40,800 bases of DNA from a virus. Lineage: Duplodnaviria > Caudoviricetes. The stretch is from positions 1 to 40,800 of IMG/VR virus record IMGVR_UViG_3300011339_000301. The stretch is one strand, 5' to 3'. The translations under genes were made by a program, and so were the position numbers. Below, piece after piece: positions 8,622 to 16,853 of the stretch. Positions within the stretch are counted from its first letter, which is position 1; each line of letters opens with the position of its first letter. The notes below the pieces were generated by a model. It made no database searches. It worked only from the letters and a program-made list of their open reading frames with translations, and was not told where the DNA came from.

Positions 8622-9328
8622 ACCCTTATCAAAAACTACAACAACGTAAGCGTACCTGGACTCCTGTTCAAACCACTGCTGGAACCGTTCGTGATGGCTC
8701 ACAAGAAACTATCTACCGTGCGCTTGCAATGCGGCACATGGAACTCCCCGTTGGTAGCTTCATTCAAGATGCCCTTAGTGAAATTCCAAGCCTATCGGCA
8801 GACCTGCTCCGATCTAATGTCAAAGACGAAGAAAACCACGACCTGGCTCTCGGTTACATCGCCAATGCTTTGGGTGTTGACGAAACTGCTGAAGCCGAAG
8901 CAAAGCGCCTTAGGGATGCTTGGGAAGCGCATCCTGATCACACAGTCCTTAAAGCACTGGTTGCCGAGCGTGCAATTTTCTTCGTACTACTCCCCTTCTT
9001 CCGCTTTAATGGTGACGCTGGTCTCCGCACAGTCTCCGCTGACATCAGCCGAGATGAGCAAGTCCATGTAGCAGCTAACAGCCTTGTGTGTAAGGAGCTT
9101 GGGTTGGAGATCAGCCCCTCCTTGGACAAGCTACGTAAGGCGACTATCAATTGGGTTATGTCACCTTTGAAAGCGTCTACCTATAAATATCTAGACAAAA
9201 AATTTTGGCTGGATGCAAGTGATCGTTTGATGTATGAAGGGAAGGCTCCAGAGCTTTCTGATACAAAGCGAGCACGTATGCCAGCGTTCTTTGAACATGC
9301 AAACCCCAATCTCCCTCAGTATGCTTGA
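8618..9328 (+). CDS. nrdB: Ribonucleotide reductase small (beta) subunit, ferritin-like
   Basis: Two ExxH motifs (DEENH, DEQVH); ATGA overlap with the alpha subunit. Confidence 0.78.
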   Translation: MNPYQKLQQRKRTWTPVQTTAGTVRDGSQETIYRALAMRHMELPVGSFIQDALSEIPSLSADLLRSNVKDEENHDLALGYIANALGVDETAEAEAKRLRDAWEAHPDHTVLKALVAERAIFFVLLPFFRFNGDAGLRTVSADISRDEQVHVAANSLVCKELGLEISPSLDKLRKATINWVMSPLKASTYKYLDKKFWLDASDRLMYEGKAPELSDTKRARMPAFFEHANPNLPQYA

Positions 9329-9494
9329 GACCCATGGTCTCCAGCTTACCTCTCTTGTAACACAACTAGAAGAGAACTTCCCACCACTTAATCCCCACCC
9401 GGATGACTCACACTCATTAATAATGTACCGCTCTGGCCAACGTTCTGTGGTCGAGTGGATCCAACACCAACTCAACGAAGAGAACAATGGCTAA
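9297..9494 (+). CDS. Small protein, T7 gp6.5-like (start 9297 or 9321)
   Basis: LEE.FPP and YRSGQRSVVEWI motifs; position before the virion module. Confidence 0.65.
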   Translation: MQTPISLSMLETHGLQLTSLVTQLEENFPPLNPHPDDSHSLIMYRSGQRSVVEWIQHQLNEENNG

Positions 9495-10311
9495 GAAAAC
9501 CGACAACAAACCTGGCTTTGGTAATAAGCCGATCCCAGGTCAGCCAGCTATGCCAACTACCTCTAATACTACAAAACCTTCTACTCTTGGTCAAGGTCTT
9601 AGAATCGCAGGTGGTGGAGGTGGTATTGGTAGTAAAGAGCTTAAGAATATCCTTGAAACAACTGGTAAATCACAAGGTCAAGTTATCAAACAACTTGATA
9701 AAATCAATACAAAACTAGGTGGAGCAGACAAGACTGGTATTAACCTTAAGTCTGGTGCTGTTAACTATCTCACTAATCAAGCAAGTAAGCAGTCGGGTTA
9801 CGACGCATTCAAAAATATGCTTAGTGGTGAATCACAGTTTGGTACCGGTCGTCTTGGTCAAGCACTTCAAGGCATGGTAGGCGACCGAGGGTTTGGTGGT
9901 ACCATGATCAAAGGACAACTTGGTGGTGTTAGAGAACCTGTAGCTCGTACTATTCTTCCACGTGGTATGGACCTCATGCCTAGTGGTCGTCAAACAGTTC
10001 GAGGTATCGGTAAACCATATGAGGTACCTGGTCGTTTGATGCAACCAAGCATCGCTGCCACCACTGAAGTACCTACTGCTGGTGTTACACCTGCAACTGG
10101 GGATACTACTATGCCTACTGCTGCCCAAGAGGAAGTACCAGCTGTGGTTGAACCTACTGTCGCTACAACTATGGATCCATTCCAAACAGCTCTCGCTAAC
10201 TGGTCACAAGGCTTTCGTCGTAAGCAAAGCAGCCGCCAAAAAGCAGGGCGCGGCGCACAAGGTCTTGGATCACAACGAGTAGCACCACAAACCAATACAC
10301 TAGGCGTATAG
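9487..10311 (+). CDS. Hypothetical G/K/T-rich protein, possibly virion-associated (gp6.7/7.3 position)
   Basis: 274-aa ORF with phage-like codon use directly before portal; basic C-terminus. Confidence 0.7.
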   Translation: MAKKTDNKPGFGNKPIPGQPAMPTTSNTTKPSTLGQGLRIAGGGGGIGSKELKNILETTGKSQGQVIKQLDKINTKLGGADKTGINLKSGAVNYLTNQASKQSGYDAFKNMLSGESQFGTGRLGQALQGMVGDRGFGGTMIKGQLGGVREPVARTILPRGMDLMPSGRQTVRGIGKPYEVPGRLMQPSIAATTEVPTAGVTPATGDTTMPTAAQEEVPAVVEPTVATTMDPFQTALANWSQGFRRKQSSRQKAGRGAQGLGSQRVAPQTNTLGV

Positions 10312-10314
10312 TAA

Positions 10315-11940
10315 ATGTCAGCTAAATCAAGATACGATTATCTAAGTAAGTATCGTTCCACGTTTCTCGACACAGCTGTACAGTGCTCTCAGTTGACACT
10401 TCCTACTCTTATCCAACAGGATGATGATGTAGGACGGTCAACTAATCTTAGGTTGATTACACCATGGCAAAGTGTTGGTGCAAAGGGTGTAGTGACACTA
10501 GCATCTAAATTGATGTTGGCTCTCCTACCTCCTCAAACCAGCTTCTTTAAGCTACAGATCGATGATTCAAAGATCGGTGTAGATCTACCAGCAGAGGCAC
10601 GATCAGACCTTGATATCTCTTTCGCTAAGATGGAGAGGTCTGTCATGGAAATTATTGCAGCATCTAGTGATCGTGTTACCGTACACCAAGCTCTAAAGCA
10701 TCTGGTTGTAGGTGGTAATGCGTTGATCTATATGGGTCCTAAGGGGCTTAAGTTATATCCATTGAACAGGTATGTCGTAGATCGAGATGGTAACGGTGAC
10801 ATCCTAGAGATCGTTACACGTGAACGCATCAGTCGTAAACTCCTTGCACCTATCATTAACACTAGTCTCCCTGTTAACTCACCTGGTGAGGACGGAGCTG
10901 ATAATGAAGAGGATGTAGATGTTTATACTCATGTCAGACGAGATAATAACCGTCTTGTGTGGCATCAAGAGGTCTTTGATAAGATCATCCCTAGCTCCCA
11001 AGGTAAGGCACCGTTGGATGCTAACCCTTGGTTGGTGCTTAGGTTTAATGTAGTAGATGGTGAAGCCTTTGGTCGTGGTAGAGTCGAAGAGTTCCTCGGT
11101 GACCTACGTTCACTCGAAGCTCTTATGCAAGCACTCGTGGAGGGCTCTGCAGTCGCTGCTAAGGTGGTCTTTACTGTCTCCCCCTCTAGTACTACCAAAC
11201 CTCAGACACTCTCTGCTGCGGGCAACGGAGCTATCATTCAGGGACGACCTGATGACATCTCTGTTGTACAAGTCGGTAAAACAGCAGACTTCAAGACTGC
11301 TATGGAGATGGCTAGCGTACTAGAACGTCGATTGAGTGAAGCATTCCTTATCCTCAACGTACGTAACAGTGAGCGTACTACTGCTGAGGAAGTACGTATG
11401 ACTCAGATGGAACTAGAGCAACAGCTTGGTGGCCTATTCTCGCTGCTGACTGTTGAGTTCTTGGTACCTTATCTGAATCGTAAGCTCTCTGTGCTGCAGA
11501 AGACACAAGAGATTCCTCGTATCCCTAAAGATCTTGTACGTCCTACTATTGTTGCTGGTATCAATGCACTTGGTCGAGGACAAGATCGAGAGTCACTGAC
11601 TCAGTTCTTTACTGTCATTGCTCAAACACTTGGACCTGAAGCACTGAGCACATTCCTTAATGTAGACGAAGCTGTTAAGCGTCTTGCTGCTGCTCAAGGT
11701 ATTGATGTACTGAACCTTGTTAAGTCTATGAGTCAAGTGCAGCAAGAACAAGCATCGGCTCAACAGCAAGCTATGCAGATGGAGGCTTTGAAACAAGCAC
11801 CTAACATGGCTAAGGCTCCACTGATGGATCCTACAAAGAATCCAGACCTATTGAACGGATCAAATGAACAAACAAACACCAACGAGATCCCAGAGATCGA
11901 ACAAGAAAGCAACATCCCCGGAGGAAGTCCCTTCGGTTGA
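10315..11940 (+). CDS. gp8: Portal / head-tail connector (gp8-like)
   Basis: PWQSVGAKGV..LASKLML.L.P, GE..GRG.VEE..GDL, R..ER.TAEE motifs. Confidence 0.96.
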   Translation: MSAKSRYDYLSKYRSTFLDTAVQCSQLTLPTLIQQDDDVGRSTNLRLITPWQSVGAKGVVTLASKLMLALLPPQTSFFKLQIDDSKIGVDLPAEARSDLDISFAKMERSVMEIIAASSDRVTVHQALKHLVVGGNALIYMGPKGLKLYPLNRYVVDRDGNGDILEIVTRERISRKLLAPIINTSLPVNSPGEDGADNEEDVDVYTHVRRDNNRLVWHQEVFDKIIPSSQGKAPLDANPWLVLRFNVVDGEAFGRGRVEEFLGDLRSLEALMQALVEGSAVAAKVVFTVSPSSTTKPQTLSAAGNGAIIQGRPDDISVVQVGKTADFKTAMEMASVLERRLSEAFLILNVRNSERTTAEEVRMTQMELEQQLGGLFSLLTVEFLVPYLNRKLSVLQKTQEIPRIPKDLVRPTIVAGINALGRGQDRESLTQFFTVIAQTLGPEALSTFLNVDEAVKRLAAAQGIDVLNLVKSMSQVQQEQASAQQQAMQMEALKQAPNMAKAPLMDPTKNPDLLNGSNEQTNTNEIPEIEQESNIPGGSPFG

Positions 11941-12094
11941 CACAGTTGATGATCAAACCAATGAACCTACGCCTCACATGAAGCGTACAAAGATTGGTGA
12001 ACCCACCATCGGTCGTTCCCCCGATTTTGTCAAGACAGTAGGTCTTGGAAATCTAACCGTTATCACAGCAAATGGCAAACGAAATTACACTTAA
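11864..12094 (+). CDS. Hypothetical protein, 76 aa, overlapping portal and scaffold
   Basis: Bridges the 130-nt gap; no recognisable domain. Confidence 0.55.
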   Translation: MNKQTPTRSQRSNKKATSPEEVPSVDTVDDQTNEPTPHMKRTKIGEPTIGRSPDFVKTVGLGNLTVITANGKRNYT

Positions 12095-12839
12095 TCCGTA
12101 TGAACAAGCAGAGGGTGAGTTCTCTGCTGAAGAGCTTGATTCTCTGCAAGTTGGTGAACGTCTAGCGGAGCAAGAACAACAGCTGTTGGCTGGTAAGTAT
12201 AAGTCAGCAGAGGAGCTAGAGCGTGGTTACCTTGAACTACAGAAACGTCTCAGTGGTAAAGAAGAGGAACCTGAAGTAGAGGCACAAGAGGAAGCACCTC
12301 AAGAAGAGGAGCAACCTGAGGAGAACGATGAGGTAGATCTCTATGATACTATCATGGAGTCCTACCGTACTGGTGAATGGGATCCTGAACTTGTTAGCAA
12401 AGTAGAGGGTATGAACCCTGTTGATGTAGCTAACATGTTCCTTGAGAAAGGTGGGGCACAACAGCAAACACCACAAGCTACCTCAGATGATATTGCACAG
12501 ATCCAAGAGTCAGTTGGCGGTGACACTGAATACCAGAACATGATTCAATGGGCTGGTCAGAATCTCTCTGAGCAAGAGGTAGCTATGTATGATGCAGTGA
12601 TGGATCGTGGCGACCCTCTTGCTATGTTCTTTGCTGCACAGGCATTGAATGCACGATACCAAGACGCTGTAGGGTATGATGGGGAGATGCTCACTGGCAG
12701 TGCTCCTAGGAACACTGGTGACGCTTTCCGCTCTCAAGCAGAGCTGGTAGCTGCAATGAGTGACCCACGCTACGATAAAGACCCAGCTTATCGTGCTGAT
12801 GTAGCAGATAAACTGGAACGATCCAACATTCAATTTTAG
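12072..12839 (+). CDS. gp9: Capsid assembly scaffolding protein (gp9-like)
   Basis: Acidic; LAGKYKSAEELE.GY.ELQK; C-terminal AMSDPRY..DPAYR..V..KL. Confidence 0.93.
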   Translation: MANEITLNPYEQAEGEFSAEELDSLQVGERLAEQEQQLLAGKYKSAEELERGYLELQKRLSGKEEEPEVEAQEEAPQEEEQPEENDEVDLYDTIMESYRTGEWDPELVSKVEGMNPVDVANMFLEKGGAQQQTPQATSDDIAQIQESVGGDTEYQNMIQWAGQNLSEQEVAMYDAVMDRGDPLAMFFAAQALNARYQDAVGYDGEMLTGSAPRNTGDAFRSQAELVAAMSDPRYDKDPAYRADVADKLERSNIQF

Positions 12840-12860
12840 TGGCTGCTAAGCCGCACCCTA

Positions 12861-13034
12861 ATGAACGACACCAACATCTTCGCTAAAGAACCCACCATGT
12901 ACACCGACGAATCCTATACTGTTCCTCATAATGAGCGTGCTGAACTCCTCAACGGTCGCCTTGCTATGCTTGGTTTCGTGGCTGCTATTGGCGCTTATAT
13001 CGTAACTGGTCAAATCATTCCTGGTATCTTTTAA
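12861..13034 (+). CDS. hli: High-light inducible protein, 57 aa; not in ORF track
   Basis: Hand-translated AELLNGRLAMLGF chlorophyll-binding motif and TGQIIPGIF C-terminus. Confidence 0.95.
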   Translation: MNDTNIFAKEPTMYTDESYTVPHNERAELLNGRLAMLGFVAAIGAYIVTGQIIPGIF

Positions 13035-13109
13035 TAAGGAATCTCCCTATTAAAGCTTTAGCACATATCCTTTAATAAGAAACATAGCACCTTAAGGTAA
13101 ATTAAAATC

Positions 13110-13250
13110 ATGCCCCTCAAGAAAGGTTCTTCTGACAAAACTGTCTCTGCTAACATCCGCAAGATGAAGGCAGAAGGTTATCCTCAGAAACAAGCAGTAG
13201 CTGCTGCTCTCAGTAGTGCTGGTAAATCCAAACCTAAAAAGAAAAAGTAA
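13110..13250 (+). CDS. Small Lys-rich protein, 46 aa ([46 protein letters not shown])
   Basis: Hand-translated; A-rich leader; TAATG coupling downstream. Confidence 0.75.
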   Translation: MPLKKGSSDKTVSANIRKMKAEGYPQKQAVAAALSSAGKSKPKKKK

Positions 13251-13306
13251 TGGCCAAGGCTAAAGGTAAACCCTGTGGGTGTGGTCATGGCGGAAAGAAA
13301 AAGTAA
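13250..13306 (+). CDS. Putative 18-aa basic micropeptide ([18 protein letters not shown])
   Basis: ATG overlaps the upstream TAA; composition matches its neighbours. Confidence 0.45.
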   Translation: MAKAKGKPCGCGHGGKKK

Positions 13307-13535
13307 CGTCAGTCTGAAGATTGGCGTACATAAATCACGCACTGGTGGCCTTACGGCTGCTGGTCGTGCCAAATATAACAAGGCTACTGGTTCTAACCTA
13401 AAGGCTCCACAGCCTGAAGGAGGGCCACGTAAACGTTCCTTCTGTGCCCGTATGGGTGGTGTGAAGGGACCGATGGAAGACGAGAAGGGTAGACCTACTC
13501 GCAAAGCACTAGCCCTCCGTAAATGGAAATGTTAA
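13287..13535 (+). CDS. Small basic phage protein, 82 aa (possibly DUF6321-like)
   Basis: GGLT..GR..YN...GSNLK.P, R.RSFCARM.G and terminal WKC pattern. Confidence 0.75.
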   Translation: MAERKSNVSLKIGVHKSRTGGLTAAGRAKYNKATGSNLKAPQPEGGPRKRSFCARMGGVKGPMEDEKGRPTRKALALRKWKC

Positions 13536-13685
13536 ATGGCTAAGCCTGGTTTGTACGCTAACATTCATGCTAAGCGTATGCGTATTAAAGCTGGTTCTGA
13601 TGAGAAGATGAGGAAACCTGGCTCACCCGGTGCTCCTACTGCTGCTCAATTCAAGAAGGCAGCTAAAACAGCTAAAAAGAAGTAA
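13536..13685 (+). CDS. Small Lys/Ala-rich protein, 49 aa (MAKPGLYANIHAKR...AAKTAKKK)
   Basis: Hand-translated; ATG immediately follows the upstream TAA. Confidence 0.75.
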   Translation: MAKPGLYANIHAKRMRIKAGSDEKMRKPGSPGAPTAAQFKKAAKTAKKK

Positions 13686-13769
13686 CTGACTAGAGAGGTT
13701 CAGCCCCTAGCGAGTAGTGCTGAGCCTTAATGAGTAGATGGAAATATAAATGTTCCTTGCTATCTTATT

Positions 13770-14066
13770 ATGATCCCTCTTCTAACTACTCTGTCAGTGA
13801 TTAGCTCTTGGTATGGTCCCGGATTTAACGGTAGCCTTACTGCGAGTGGATCACGATATAATCAAAACGGCCTTACTGCAGCGCACAAGACACTCCCCTT
13901 TGGTACACGCTTGAAGGTGTGCTTTAAGAGGTGTGCCGTGGTGACGGTCAATGATCGTGGACCCTACGTATATGGTAGGAGTCTTGATCTCAGTAAAGGT
14001 GCGGCTGATGCTATCGGTCTCACTGCCTCTGGAGTTGGACGAGTTAAAGTAACACGTCTTAACTAA
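13770..14066 (+). CDS. rlpA: RlpA-like double-psi beta-barrel protein (lytic transglycosylase family)
   Basis: SWYG, TASG, TAAHKTLPFGT, VNDRGPY, LDLS..AA motifs. Confidence 0.9.
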   Translation: MIPLLTTLSVISSWYGPGFNGSLTASGSRYNQNGLTAAHKTLPFGTRLKVCFKRCAVVTVNDRGPYVYGRSLDLSKGAADAIGLTASGVGRVKVTRLN

Positions 14067-14072
14067 CAACAC

Positions 14073-15134
14073 ATGACTACTACTCTAGTAGCCCCTAAGT
14101 CTCAGGCTAACCCCTGGGACTCTTATTTGAGCTGGGTAACCAGTACAGACAACCGTCTTTATATCGGTCACTTTGGAGTCCTTATGATTCCAACACTGTT
14201 GGCCGCTGCTACATGTTTTATTATTGCATTCATTGCGGCTCCCCCTGTCGATATTGATGGCATCCGAGAGCCCGTTGCTGGGAGTTTAATGTATGGAAAC
14301 AACATCATATCGGGAGCCGTCGTTCCGAGCAGCAATGCCATCGGACTACACCTGTACCCAATTTGGGAAGCTAATTCACTTGATGAATGGCTCTACAACG
14401 GGGGTCCGTTCCAACTTACAGTGTTCCACTTCCTCATTGGCATCTATGCTTACATGGGACGGGAGTGGGAACTTAGCTATCGACTAGGGATGAGGCCCTG
14501 GATTTGTGTCGCATATTCTGCCCCGGTGGCGGCTGCTACCGCTGTATTCCTTGTCTATCCCTTTGGCCAAGGAAGCTTCTCTGATGCTATGCCTTTGGGT
14601 ATCTCGGGAACCTTCAACTACATGCTTGTCTTCCAGGCTGAACATAACATCCTTATGCACCCCTTCCATATGCTTGGAGTGGCAGGTGTATTCGGTGGGT
14701 CTTTGTTTAGCGCGATGCACGGCAGTCTGGTTACGTCTAGTCTTGTTCGTGAAACGACTGAAGAAGTATCTCAGAACTATGGATACAAGTTTGGTCAGGA
14801 AGAGGAGACGTATAACATCGTTGCCGCTCATGGTTATTTTGGACGTTTGATCTTCCAATATGCATCTTTCAATAATAGCCGTAGCCTTCATTTCTTCCTT
14901 GCTGCTTGGCCTGTTGTTGGTATTTGGTTTGCTGCTTTGGGCGTTTCGACCATGGCTTTCAATCTTAATGGTTTCAACTTTAACCAAAGCCTTGTCAGCT
15001 CTGAAGGGAAAGTGATTAACACTTGGGCTGACATTCTTAACCGAGCTGGTCTTGGTTTTGAAGTGATGCATGAACGTAATGCTCACAACTTCCCACTTGA
15101 TCTGGCCACGCATACTGCACCTTCTATTGGTTAA
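14073..15134 (+). CDS. psbA: Photosystem II D1 protein
   Basis: Full D1 with [31 protein letters not shown] and [16 protein letters not shown]. Confidence 0.99.
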   Translation: MTTTLVAPKSQANPWDSYLSWVTSTDNRLYIGHFGVLMIPTLLAAATCFIIAFIAAPPVDIDGIREPVAGSLMYGNNIISGAVVPSSNAIGLHLYPIWEANSLDEWLYNGGPFQLTVFHFLIGIYAYMGREWELSYRLGMRPWICVAYSAPVAAATAVFLVYPFGQGSFSDAMPLGISGTFNYMLVFQAEHNILMHPFHMLGVAGVFGGSLFSAMHGSLVTSSLVRETTEEVSQNYGYKFGQEEETYNIVAAHGYFGRLIFQYASFNNSRSLHFFLAAWPVVGIWFAALGVSTMAFNLNGFNFNQSLVSSEGKVINTWADILNRAGLGFEVMHERNAHNFPLDLATHTAPSIG

Positions 15135-15136
15135 TT

Positions 15137-15313
15137 ATGGCACGCGCTAATCCTTTTGATCCGAAGCTGTCTTCGGTCACTGTTCAATATGTCACACCTA
15201 CTGCAGGCTCTGCTGCCTTTGCAACTGCATATGGTGAGGCTAATCAAACGCTCACTGAGATGAGCCCTAAAGGTACTAAGGTACAAGCTGGTACGCTTGC
15301 TGCCTGGCCCTAA
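15137..15313 (+). CDS. Hypothetical protein, 58 aa (MARANPFDPK...TLAAWP); not in ORF track
   Basis: Hand-translated; starts 2 nt after the psbA stop. Confidence 0.7.
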   Translation: MARANPFDPKLSSVTVQYVTPTAGSAAFATAYGEANQTLTEMSPKGTKVQAGTLAAWP

Positions 15314-15320
15314 CTGGACT

Positions 15321-15353
15321 GGAGGCACCTCAGAGTAGGACCTCCTTTTCTTT
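15321..15353 (+). terminator. Putative terminator or regulatory hairpin upstream of capsid gene
   Basis: GGAGG/CCTCC stem with inner CCT/AGG, followed by TTTTCTTT. Confidence 0.45.
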
Positions 15354-15477
15354 GGCTTAGGCCGGTTACGACCGATACCCTTTGCCATGACAGTCGGAGA
15401 GACGACACCAAAAATGACAACAAAATTCTAAGCGCTTAGAGAGGACTACATCGTAAACAACTCTCTCTTAAACTATT

Positions 15478-16497
15478 GTGGCTAACACTCTTGTAACTCC
15501 TGTAGGTCGGATTAATAACACTAGTTCGACCCCCCTTGCTCTTGGTACTGCTTATGATACCAAGTACGCAACTTATCTGAAACTGTTCTCTGGCGAGATG
15601 TTCAAAGCCTATGAAGGTGCGACTATCGCTAAGGGCACTGTCCAAAGCCGTACCCTGCGTAACGGCAAGGCTATGCAGTTCATCTTCACCGGCCGTATGG
15701 AAGCGGCTTACCACGAACCCGGTACTCCGATCCTGGGCAGTGGTGATCCTCCGGTGGCTGAGAAGACCATCGTCTGTGACGACCTGCTGATCTCCAGTGC
15801 ATTCGTGTATGATCTGGATGAGACTCTGGCTCACTACAGCCTGCGTTCTGAGATCGCCAAGAAGATCGGTTATGCTCTCGCTGAGGCATATGACAAGAAG
15901 ATCTTCCGTCAGATCGCTAAGGCTGCTCGTGAAGCTCACCCCATCACTGCCGCTCCTGGTCCTGAGCCCGGCGGTTCTGTGATCCAACTCGGTGCTAACA
16001 AAGAGTATGATGCTCAGGCACTGGTTGACGCTTTCTTTGAAGCTGCTTCTATTCTCGATGAGAAGAACCTGCCCAAGCAAGGTCGTACCGCTGTGCTGTC
16101 CCCGCGCCAGTACTATGCACTCGTGTCGCAAGTCGACTCGAATATCCTCAACCGTGACTTCGGTGCCTCCCAGGGTAACCTGAATAGCGGTGAGGGCCTG
16201 TATGAGATCGCTGGTATCTCCATCAAGCGTTCCAACAACCTGCCCTTCCTGGCTGGTAGCGTGTCTTCCGTCAATGGTGAGAACAACGACTACTCCGGTA
16301 ACTTCAGCACCCACTGTGGTCTGATCTACTACAAGGATGCTGCTGGTGTTGTGGAAGCTATCGCTCCTTCTGTGCAGACCACCTCTGGTGATGTGTCGGT
16401 TATGTACCAGGGTGACCTGATCGTTGGTCGTCTGGCTATGGGCTGCGGTACCCTGAACCCCGCTGCTGCTATTGAGCTGCAGTCGGCTCGCTCCTGA
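15478..16497 (+). CDS. gp10: Major capsid protein (gp10-like)
   Basis: YLKLFSGE, RTLRNGK..QF..TGR, I..DDLL.S, LAE..D..I motifs; strongly biased codons. Confidence 0.96.
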   Translation: MANTLVTPVGRINNTSSTPLALGTAYDTKYATYLKLFSGEMFKAYEGATIAKGTVQSRTLRNGKAMQFIFTGRMEAAYHEPGTPILGSGDPPVAEKTIVCDDLLISSAFVYDLDETLAHYSLRSEIAKKIGYALAEAYDKKIFRQIAKAAREAHPITAAPGPEPGGSVIQLGANKEYDAQALVDAFFEAASILDEKNLPKQGRTAVLSPRQYYALVSQVDSNILNRDFGASQGNLNSGEGLYEIAGISIKRSNNLPFLAGSVSSVNGENNDYSGNFSTHCGLIYYKDAAGVVEAIAPSVQTTSGDVSVMYQGDLIVGRLAMGCGTLNPAAAIELQSARS

Positions 16498-16512
16498 TAA
16501 AGGAGAAGTCTA

Positions 16513-16842
16513 ATGGGATTCGCACTTGTTGACGGTGTAGGCATCACTACTAGTGAAACTGCCTACATGCGTCCTCCTATTGAGCCTGGTCGTGAAGGTG
16601 GTACGGTTGTCACCGTAACCCGCCTTGGTGGTGGTACTGGCCAAGTGGCTGGTACTAAGGCCACCACTGATGACAACATCAACGGCACTGGCTGTACTCT
16701 TACCACTACTGTTACTGATGGTGTGGTAACCGGTCAGACTGTAGCTGCTGGTGGTGATGGCTATCGCGTTGGTGATGTGCTGTCGGTTGCTGGCACTACT
16801 AGTGCAACCTTCCGTGTTGACACTGTTTCTTATACCAACTGA
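16513..16842 (+). CDS. T/G/V-rich protein, possible capsid decoration or minor virion protein
   Basis: AGGAG RBS; lies between the capsid gene and the terminator; GG.GY.VGD.L beta-rich motif. Confidence 0.7.
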   Translation: MGFALVDGVGITTSETAYMRPPIEPGREGGTVVTVTRLGGGTGQVAGTKATTDDNINGTGCTLTTTVTDGVVTGQTVAAGGDGYRVGDVLSVAGTTSATFRVDTVSYTN

Positions 16843-16853
16843 GGTAATTATTC

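Noticed and set aside
12837-12863. Amber readthrough fusing scaffold to Hli (same frame, single TAG)
   Set aside because: One-in-three chance of being in frame; Hli has its own ATG; no other sign of recoding.
14484-15113. 209-aa antisense ORF over psbA, and other minus-strand or nested ORFs in the track
   Set aside because: Shadows of conserved + strand genes, with no RBS or recognisable domains.
15436-16314. 292-aa antisense ORF over the capsid gene
   Set aside because: Mirror frame of a strongly codon-biased gene; no motifs; the genome is otherwise single-strand coding.
16480-16520. T7-style 10A/10B capsid extension by frameshift or readthrough
   Set aside because: The downstream ORF is in frame but separated by tandem stops TGA TAA and has its own AGGAG RBS; no slippery site seen.
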